A stretch of DNA of 24,404 nucleotides, taken from the NCBI GenBank assembly GCA_041309565.1, contig JBFYZJ010000278.1:1-24404 (forward strand). The letters are read 5' to 3'. A program made the translations under genes and the position numbers. Below the pieces are notes generated by a model that did no database searches, had not been told where the DNA came from, and saw only the letters and a list, made by a program, of their open reading frames with translations. Shown piece after piece: positions 18,060 through 24,404 of the stretch. Origin of the DNA: Candidatus Krumholzibacteriota bacterium (GTDB lineage Bacteria; Krumholzibacteriota; Krumholzibacteriia; Krumholzibacteriales; Krumholzibacteriaceae). The stretch's first letter is position 1. Every line of letters begins with the position of its first letter.

Positions 18060-19166
18060 GTGACGAGAATCGGGCTCTTGACGGCGGTCGTTCTATCCTT
18101 CGCGCTCGGGTTGCTCTTCACGCCGCTCGTCCGGGGCATGGCGACGCGCCTGCGAATCTGCGAGAAGCCGAACGGGCGCACGAGCAGGGATATCGTGCAT
18201 ATCGGCGGCGTCGGCATCATCGGTGCGATCCTCTTCACGCTCCTGCCGACGTTCCTGTTCTTCCTGCCCGGCGGACCGGTCGTGCAGGCGTTCACCCCGG
18301 TGCTGATCGCGAGCGGCTTTCTCATCTTTCTCCTCGGCATCATCGACGACCTGCGGAGCCTGCACTACATCTACAAGCTCATTCTGCAGATCGCCGTCTC
18401 GGTTTTCGTCGCCGCCGTGGGACTCGCGCTCCTCATGCATTTCGGCGCGTCCCACATCGCCGTGTATCTCATCGTGCCGCTGGTCTTCGCGATCGCCGGT
18501 TGGATGCTCGTCGTCACGACGTCGTTCAACCTGATCGACGGGCTCGACGGGCTCGCGTCGGGGCTCGCGTTCATCGCGGCGGCGGCGTTCGCCGTCGCCG
18601 GCCAGCTTTTCGGCCAGCCGCTCGTCGTCGCGGTCGCGCTCGTCGTATGCGGCGCGACGCTCTCGTTTCTCAGATATAACTTTCCTCCGGCGACGATCTT
18701 CATGGGCGATTCGGGCAGCCTCTTCCTCGGCCTGCTGTTCGGGCTCGTTTCGCTGCTGCTCCTCGTACCGGGGGACCGCGTCTTCTACCGGATCGCAGGG
18801 GATATCATGATCCTCGCCGTGCCGATCCTCGACACGGCGCTCGCATTCACGCGGCGGATGCTCACGCGCCGCCCCGTGTTCGAGGCCGATCACCGGCATA
18901 TCCACCACATGCTCCTCTACCGGTGCCGGTCGGCGCGGAGCGTCGATCTCACGCTCTGGGGAGTGTCCGCCGTCTTCGGCGCGCTCGGCGTTCTCACGAT
19001 GCGGGGAAGCATCGTCGCGCTCGCCGCGGGATCGGCGCTCGCGCTGTTCGTATTCGTGATCGCGCTCCGCTCGATGGTGCGCTTCAAAATGCCCGTCACG
19101 GCCGAGGAGGAGATTCTCGGCGTGTGCGGCATCACCTCCGCCCGGGGCGTCGCGCGCCAGCGATAG
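18060..19166 (+). CDS. Undecaprenyl-phosphate N-acetylhexosamine-1-phosphate transferase (WecA/TagO, MraY-like family)
   Basis: GIIDDL, FNLIDGLDGLA, YNFPPATIFMGDSGS, PILDT, DHRHIHH; RBS AAGGAG 18047-18052 before GTG. Confidence 0.9.
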   Translation: MTRIGLLTAVVLSFALGLLFTPLVRGMATRLRICEKPNGRTSRDIVHIGGVGIIGAILFTLLPTFLFFLPGGPVVQAFTPVLIASGFLIFLLGIIDDLRSLHYIYKLILQIAVSVFVAAVGLALLMHFGASHIAVYLIVPLVFAIAGWMLVVTTSFNLIDGLDGLASGLAFIAAAAFAVAGQLFGQPLVVAVALVVCGATLSFLRYNFPPATIFMGDSGSLFLGLLFGLVSLLLLVPGDRVFYRIAGDIMILAVPILDTALAFTRRMLTRRPVFEADHRHIHHMLLYRCRSARSVDLTLWGVSAVFGALGVLTMRGSIVALAAGSALALFVFVIALRSMVRFKMPVTAEEEILGVCGITSARGVARQR

Positions 19167-19198
19167 TCCGCCCGCGCTCCGCGTCGCCGTCTTTCCAA

Positions 19199-19227
19199 TT
19201 GCGTTTTCAGGAGTGCTGTGATAGCTT
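19199..19227 (+). promoter_or_regulatory. sigma70-type promoter with extended -10 upstream of the HemC-like gene
   Basis: TTGCGT (19199-19204) - 17 nt - TAGCTT (19222-19227), preceded by TG-n (19219-19221). Confidence 0.6.
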
Positions 19228-19273
19228 CGTCCCCGGGATTACGTCAATGACGCACGCGCGAAGAGGAGACGCA

Positions 19274-20209
19274 ATGGGCCGCGCGAAACATATCATCATC
19301 GGCAGCCGCCGGGACGAGCTCTCGATGCTCTGTCGCGCGCATGTGCGCGCCGCACTCCTCGAGGCGCATCCGAACGCGGAATTCATGGACGCGCCCGACG
19401 GGCCGGGGCGGGACGATCGAGGACCGGCGGACCGGAAGATCGGCGCGCGCCGGGCGGCGACCCTGCTCCAGCGTCTGGTGAAAGGGGAGCTCGACGTCGT
19501 CGTGCTGGACGCGTGCCTGATCCCGCTCCAGATCGCCGGCACGCTCGAGATCGCGGCCGTATTGCCGAGGACGAATCCGTTCGATGCGCTCGTTTCGGTC
19601 GAGAGCCTCATTCTCGACGAGCAGCCCGAGAACGCGAGCGTCGCCGTGAGCGATCCGGTGAAGCGCGGGCAGCTTCTCTATTACCGGAGCGATCTCAAGC
19701 TCGTGAGCGGCGACGGCGATTTCAACGGTCTCTTCGAGGCGATGAATCGCGGGGCGGTCGACGCGTTCGTCTATCCGGCCGCCGACGTCGAGATGCTGAA
19801 TCAGCAGGAGCACGTCGCCGAGGTCTTCACGACGTCGATCTGCACGCCCGTCGCGGGACAGGGCGCGATCGCGCTCGTCGGCCGCCGCGACAGGAAGGAG
19901 ATCGCTTCGATGCTGCGGGATATCGGCGATCGGTCGGCGGCGGCGGAGGTCGAGATCGAGCGGATGTTCCTCGAGCGCGTCGCGAAGGACGGACGGGCTC
20001 CGGTCGGTGTCCTCGCCAACGTCGAGGAGAGCGAGTTCGAAATCGAAGCGGCGATCGTCGCCGTCGACGGCTCCGAGAAGATCACCGGCATCATGAGCGG
20101 CGCGCTCGCCGACCGCGCGCGGATCGTCGAAAAGCTCGCGGGAGAGATCCTCTCGTCGGGCGGGGAAGAAATCGTCGCATCGTTCAGAAAGCAGAAGGCG
20201 AACGGCTGA
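19274..20209 (+). CDS. Hydroxymethylbilane synthase (porphobilinogen deaminase, HemC)-fold protein, predicted catalytically inactive
   Basis: Colinear by eye with HemC over its full 311 aa (IGSR, PRTNPFDALVS, GQL, PVAGQGAIA, IER..L, VDGS, LAGEILSSGG), but lacks catalytic Asp84, cofactor Cys242 and most active-site Arg (E. coli numbering). RBS AGAGGAG 19262-19268. Confidence 0.8.
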   Translation: MGRAKHIIIGSRRDELSMLCRAHVRAALLEAHPNAEFMDAPDGPGRDDRGPADRKIGARRAATLLQRLVKGELDVVVLDACLIPLQIAGTLEIAAVLPRTNPFDALVSVESLILDEQPENASVAVSDPVKRGQLLYYRSDLKLVSGDGDFNGLFEAMNRGAVDAFVYPAADVEMLNQQEHVAEVFTTSICTPVAGQGAIALVGRRDRKEIASMLRDIGDRSAAAEVEIERMFLERVAKDGRAPVGVLANVEESEFEIEAAIVAVDGSEKITGIMSGALADRARIVEKLAGEILSSGGEEIVASFRKQKANG

Positions 20210-20213
20210 CGCG

Positions 20214-21485
20214 ATGCTCGACCGGAAACTCATACGGAAAGATCCCGAACGGGTGCGGGAAGGGCTGCGTCGCAAGGGATCGACGTTCGATCTCGACGCG
20301 TTCCTCGCGCTCGACGAGAAGCAGCGCGCGCTCATCCAGGAGACGGAGAATCTCAAGCACGAGCGGAACGAGGCCTCCCAGGAGATTTCGCGCCTCAAGA
20401 AGGAGAACCTCGACGCGACGGCGATTCTCGAGCGGATGAAGCGCTCCTCCGAGCGGATCAAGGAAATCGACGCCGAGCTCAAGGAGCTCGGCGCGCGGAT
20501 CGACGAGCAGGCGCTTCTCATTCCGAATCTCCCGCACGAGTCGGCGCCGTACGGCACGTGCCCGGAGCACAACGTGGTGCAGCGGTCCTGGGGTTCGGTT
20601 CCCGATCCGTTCGACGGGATGCTCCCGCACTGGGATATCGGCGAGAAGCTCGGAATCATCGATATCGGCGCCGGCAGCTGCCTGAGCGGCCGGGGATTCG
20701 TGGTGCTCCGCGGGGAGGGAGCGCGCCTGTCGCGGGCGCTCGTCAATTTCATGATCGATCTGCATCGCGAGCAGGGCTACGAGGAAATCTCGGTTCCGTA
20801 TCTCGTGAGTCGCGAATGCATGATCGGCACGGGACAGCTTCCGAAGCTCGCTGAGGACATGTACCACAGCGAAAAGGACGATCTCTTCCTCATCCCCACG
20901 GCCGAAGTGCCGCTCACCAACATGTACCGCGGGGCGGTGCTCGACGGGGCGCGCCTCCCGGTCAAGCTCACCGCGTTCAGCCCGTGCTTCCGCCGCGAGG
21001 CGGGGAGCTACGGACAGGACACCAAAGGGCTCGTTCGCGTGCATCAGTTCGACAAGGTCGAGATGGTGAAGCTCGTGGCTCCCGAGTCGTCGTACGAGGA
21101 GCTCGAAGCGCTCACGCGCGACGCGACCGCTGTCCTCGAGGCGCTCGAAATCCCCTACCGCGTCATCGAGCTCTGCACGATGGACATGAGCTTCGGCGCC
21201 GCGAAGTGTTACGATCTCGAAACCTACGCGCCGGCGATGGGACGCTGGCTCGAGGTATCGTCGTGCAGCAGCTTCGAGGATTTCCAGGCGCGCCGCGCGA
21301 ATATCCGTTTCAAACGGCAACCGAACGAGAAGCCCGAGTTCGTGCACACGCTGAACGGCTCGGGGCTCGCGCTTCCGCGGGTCATCGCGACGATCCTCGA
21401 GCTCAACCAGACGCCGACCGGCAAGGTCCGCATTCCCCGTGCCCTCGTCCCCTACCTGGGGGGCAGGGAATACCTCGAGGCCTGA
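20214..21485 (+). CDS. serS: Serine--tRNA ligase
   Basis: N-terminal coiled coil MLDRKLIR..., LIPTAEVP, CFRREAGSYGQDTKGLVRVHQFDKVE (motif 2), EVSSCS, HTLNGSGLA (motif 3). Confidence 0.97.
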   Translation: MLDRKLIRKDPERVREGLRRKGSTFDLDAFLALDEKQRALIQETENLKHERNEASQEISRLKKENLDATAILERMKRSSERIKEIDAELKELGARIDEQALLIPNLPHESAPYGTCPEHNVVQRSWGSVPDPFDGMLPHWDIGEKLGIIDIGAGSCLSGRGFVVLRGEGARLSRALVNFMIDLHREQGYEEISVPYLVSRECMIGTGQLPKLAEDMYHSEKDDLFLIPTAEVPLTNMYRGAVLDGARLPVKLTAFSPCFRREAGSYGQDTKGLVRVHQFDKVEMVKLVAPESSYEELEALTRDATAVLEALEIPYRVIELCTMDMSFGAAKCYDLETYAPAMGRWLEVSSCSSFEDFQARRANIRFKRQPNEKPEFVHTLNGSGLALPRVIATILELNQTPTGKVRIPRALVPYLGGREYLEA

Positions 21486-21492
21486 TCGAACC

Positions 21493-22734
21493 ATGAGGGC
21501 GCCACGCAATTTTCCGTTTCTCCTCAAGGTGTATGTCATCGCGGGCAGCGTCGTCGTCGTCGCATTCGCCCTCATGTACAACAACGGCATCATCAAGAAA
21601 ATGAGCGTGCAGTCGGCGCGGACGACGAACCAGTACGCGCGCTTCATCGGGCTGCAGATCGACCAGCTCGACGACCGGGGCAGCTCCGAATTCATTCGGG
21701 AGACGCTCCGCGATCTGAACGCGCCGTGCATCATCACGGACGCCGCCGGACGACCGATGATCTGGAATCAGCAGACCGGGATTCCGCCGCTCGGTCCGGA
21801 CGAGTACGGCCGGATGATCAAATACGATCCCGCCGCCCCGAACGATCCGCTGCTCGAGAAGGTCCAGCGGAGGGCGCTCGCCTACGACCGGGTGAACGAG
21901 CCGGTTCTCATCGAGTCGGAGAAGCTGCGGGCGGTGCTCCACTACGGCCCGTCGTCGCTCTCGCGGGAGCTCGCCGTCGCGCAGTACGTGCAGATCGGCG
22001 TCTTCGTGGTTTTCGTCCTGTTCGGGTTCCTCGGGTTCCGGGTGGTGAAGAGCGGCGAGCAGCGGTCGATCTGGGTCGGTATGGCGAAGGAGACCGCCCA
22101 TCAGCTCGGCACGCCCCTCTCGTCGATCATGGGGTGGATCGCCATGATCCGCGAGGAGCTCGCGGCGGCGCGCGGCTCGGAGAAGCTCTCGATGGCGATC
22201 GACGAGGTCGAGACGGACGTCGAACGGTTGAGCAAGATCTCCGCTCGGTTCAGCAAGATCGGTTCGGCGCCGAAGCTCGACCTCCAGGAGCTCGTCCCGA
22301 TCGTCGACGAGACGGTGCGCTACTTCGAACGGAGACGCCCGACGCTCAAAATCAACTCGACGATCACGACCGAATCGGACGAGCTCCCCCTCATCCGGTG
22401 CAGCAAGGAGCTCATCGGGTGGGTCATCGAGAACATGATCAAGAATTCGCTCGACGCGATCGCGGGGGACGAGGGGAAGATCCATATTCAGTGCCGGATG
22501 AACGAGCGCGAGCGGCGCGTCGAGATCCTCTTCGGCGATAACGGCAAGGGAATGAGCCCGGGGGTGCGCAAGCGCGTCTTCTCTCCCGGATTCACCACGA
22601 AGAGCCGCGGCTGGGGGCTCGGGCTGTCGCTCGTGAAGCGCATCGTCGAGGATATTCACGGCGGATCGATCAAGGTTCTCGAGTCGCAGCCGGGAAAAGG
22701 GACGACGTTTCTCATCACCTTTCCGGTCGATTGA
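21493..22734 (+). CDS. porY: Membrane sensor histidine kinase, PorY-like
   Basis: Two TM helices flanking a ~140-aa sensor domain; H box WVGMAKETAHQLGTPLSS, N box VIENMIKNSLDA, DNGKG, FSPGFTTK, GWGLGL. PorY assignment rests on recalled motif similarity plus adjacency to porX; 413 aa. Confidence 0.75.
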   Translation: MRAPRNFPFLLKVYVIAGSVVVVAFALMYNNGIIKKMSVQSARTTNQYARFIGLQIDQLDDRGSSEFIRETLRDLNAPCIITDAAGRPMIWNQQTGIPPLGPDEYGRMIKYDPAAPNDPLLEKVQRRALAYDRVNEPVLIESEKLRAVLHYGPSSLSRELAVAQYVQIGVFVVFVLFGFLGFRVVKSGEQRSIWVGMAKETAHQLGTPLSSIMGWIAMIREELAAARGSEKLSMAIDEVETDVERLSKISARFSKIGSAPKLDLQELVPIVDETVRYFERRRPTLKINSTITTESDELPLIRCSKELIGWVIENMIKNSLDAIAGDEGKIHIQCRMNERERRVEILFGDNGKGMSPGVRKRVFSPGFTTKSRGWGLGLSLVKRIVEDIHGGSIKVLESQPGKGTTFLITFPVD

Positions 22735-22756
22735 CCGGGGGAGCGGATCGGAGCGT

Positions 22757-24310
22757 ATGGCGAAGGAAAAGCGTATTCTCTGGGTGGACGACGAGATCGA
22801 TCTCCTGAGCTCCCATATCATGTTTCTCGGAACAAAAGGGTACGCGGTGACGTCCGCCTCGAGCGGGGACGAAGGGGTTGCCGCGCTCAAGACGGGGCGG
22901 TTCGATCTTGTCCTCCTCGACGAGACGATGCCGGGCAAGAGCGGGCTCGAGACGCTGCAGGAGATCAAGGAGATCGATTCGAACCTGCCCGTCATCATGA
23001 TCACGAAGAACGAGGCGGAAGGCCTCGTCGACCAGGCCATCGGCATGAAGATCGACGACTATCTCCTCAAGCCCGTGAATCCGCTCCAGATCTACTCGGC
23101 GGCGAAGCGCATCCTCGACGCGCATCGCATCCAGGAGACCGTGCTCAGCAAGGATTACCTCCAGGCGTACCAGCGGATCGACGGGAATCTGCACGCGAGC
23201 CCGGACTGGCGCGGCTGGATCGACATTCATCAGGAGCTTTCCCTGTGGGACGTCGAGTTCGACCGTTTCAGCGCGACGGGGCTCGAGCAGACCCAGCAGG
23301 ATCTCAAGAAGAAATCGAACTCCGATTTCGCGCGCTATATCGAGCGCGTCTACCCGGGCTGGATGCGCGACTCGGAGCGACCCCCGCTGAGCGTCGACGT
23401 GATGAAGCGCTGGGTGTTTCCGCGCCTCAAGGACGGGAAGAAGGTCTACTTCGTGCTCATCGACTGCATGCGGTACGACCAGTGGCTCAAGATCGAGGAT
23501 CTGCTGGCTCCTTTCTATAATATAGAACGGGAGTGCTACTACTCCATTCTGCCAACGGCGACGCCGTACGCGCGGAACGCGATATTCGCCGGCGCCTTTC
23601 CGTCCGAGATCCAGAAACGAACCCCGGAGCAATGGCTCGAGCGATCGAAGGACGAGTTCAGCAAGAACCGCTTCGAGCACGCCTTTCTGCAGGAGCAGCT
23701 CGCGCGGGCGGGCCTCGCCGGCGTGACGACGAAATACATCAAAATTTACGAGATCGAGGAGGCGAACGAGATCCGCAAGCAGGTCGACAGCTACCGCGGC
23801 ATCGATCTCGTGTCCATGGTGTTCAACTTTCTCGATATCCTCGCGCACGGCCGCAGCCAGAGCGAGATCCTGCAGGAGATCGCGCCCGACGAGAGCGCTT
23901 TCCGGTCGCTCATGCGCTCGTGGTTCGTCCATTCGGCGCTCTTCGATATCCTCCAGCGGATATCGAAGCACGGCTCCACCGTGGTCATCACGACCGATCA
24001 CGGCTCGATCCTCGGCGCGCGGGCGAGCCTCGTGCACGGGAACCGCGACACCTCGACGAATCTCAGGTACAAGTTCGGCGAGAACATCAACGGCGACCCG
24101 CGGCAGACGCTCCTGATCCGCAAACCGGGCGAGTACAACCTGCCCGCGGAGGGTCCTTCCAAGAACTACATTCTCGCGAAGGAGAATTTCTACTTCGTCT
24201 ATCCGACGAAATTCCACGAGTACGAACGGCAATACATGGGGACGTTCCAGCACGGCGGAATCTCGCTCGACGAAATGGTCGTGCCGTGCGTCACCCTGAC
24301 CCCGAGGTAA
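22757..24310 (+). CDS. porX: PorX-type response regulator: receiver domain fused to a PglZ/alkaline-phosphatase-superfamily domain
   Basis: REC: ILWVDDE, LLDETMPG (phospho-Asp), MITK, LLKPVNP. PglZ: LIDCMRYDQW, SILPTATPYARNAIF, NFLDILAH, TTDHG, FQHGGISL. Confidence 0.92.
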   Translation: MAKEKRILWVDDEIDLLSSHIMFLGTKGYAVTSASSGDEGVAALKTGRFDLVLLDETMPGKSGLETLQEIKEIDSNLPVIMITKNEAEGLVDQAIGMKIDDYLLKPVNPLQIYSAAKRILDAHRIQETVLSKDYLQAYQRIDGNLHASPDWRGWIDIHQELSLWDVEFDRFSATGLEQTQQDLKKKSNSDFARYIERVYPGWMRDSERPPLSVDVMKRWVFPRLKDGKKVYFVLIDCMRYDQWLKIEDLLAPFYNIERECYYSILPTATPYARNAIFAGAFPSEIQKRTPEQWLERSKDEFSKNRFEHAFLQEQLARAGLAGVTTKYIKIYEIEEANEIRKQVDSYRGIDLVSMVFNFLDILAHGRSQSEILQEIAPDESAFRSLMRSWFVHSALFDILQRISKHGSTVVITTDHGSILGARASLVHGNRDTSTNLRYKFGENINGDPRQTLLIRKPGEYNLPAEGPSKNYILAKENFYFVYPTKFHEYERQYMGTFQHGGISLDEMVVPCVTLTPR

Positions 24311-24313
24311 GTC

Positions 24314-24404
24314 ATGTCTCCGCATCGCGGCCGTCGCGGACCGGAACGGGAAGCGGGGGGGGCGTGGGAGCGCCTCGATCGCTTCGAGGGGGAGCGTGCT
24401 CGCG
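24314..24404 (+). CDS. Possible start of the next gene, truncated by window edge; product unknown
   Basis: ATG 3 nt after the porX stop, open to the end (MSPHRGRRGPEREAGGAWERLDRFEGERAR). An alternative GTG at 24396 after GAGGGGGAG is also possible. Confidence 0.3.
   Translation, partial: MSPHRGRRGPEREAGGAWERLDRFEGERAR

Noticed and set aside
18060-18230. WecA-like N-terminus lacks the usual RKxH...P-x-x-GG motif (KPNGRTSRDIVHIGG)
   Set aside because: The core catalytic motifs (DD, NxxDGxDG, FMGD, HIHH) are intact; the divergence is within family variation as far as I can judge.
19274-20209. Annotation as functional hemC or as a pseudogene
   Set aside because: The essential catalytic residues are missing, so it is not a normal HemC; there is no frameshift, stop or truncation and expression signals are intact, so it is not evidently a pseudogene.
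20210-20213. T-box leader for serS
   Set aside because: Only 4 nt separate serS from the upstream gene, and the 19228-19273 leader is too short and has no T-box motif.
22757-24310. PglZ domain suggesting a BREX anti-phage system
   Set aside because: It is fused to a receiver domain in the PorX architecture, and there are no brxC/pglX/brxL-type genes in the window.

Overview
High-GC bacterial chromosomal segment. All 21 recognisable genes lie on the + strand; the long - strand ORFs are codon-bias shadows. The gene content (PorX/PorY-like pair, SprE/PorW-like TPR lipoprotein, FCB-type flippase) combined with canonical sigma70 TTGACA/TATAAT-type promoters suggests an FCB-superphylum lineage outside Bacteroidetes, e.g. 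Krumholzibacteriota/Latescibacterota/Eisenbacteria-like (inference, not tested). Order: 5'-truncated HEXXH M3/M2-type peptidase; EamA transporter; PyrR-attenuated operon pyrR-pyrB-pyrC-(TPR lipoprotein)-pyrK-pyrD-pyrF-(ArsB/NhaD-type permease); sugar-nucleotide/envelope cluster (two GMD/RMD-like SDRs, ugd, rfbB, wecB, Wzx flippase, WecA/TagO-like transferase); then a putative operon of a degenerate HemC-fold protein, serS, a PorY-like kinase and PorX. No tRNA, rRNA, CRISPR array or mobile element was seen. Most notable: (1) an intact HemC-fold gene with its own predicted promoter that has lost the catalytic Asp, the cofactor Cys and most active-site Arg residues, with acidic replacements; (2) adjacent porY-porX homologues, unlinked in Porphyromonas; (3) a Lys-rich 30-aa tail on PyrR with its own in-frame RBS+ATG; (4) nine D-(S/T)-X O-glycosylation-type sequons in the TPR lipoprotein tail; (5) a complete three-state PyrR attenuator with a variant loop; (6) a flippase gene with shifted codon usage.
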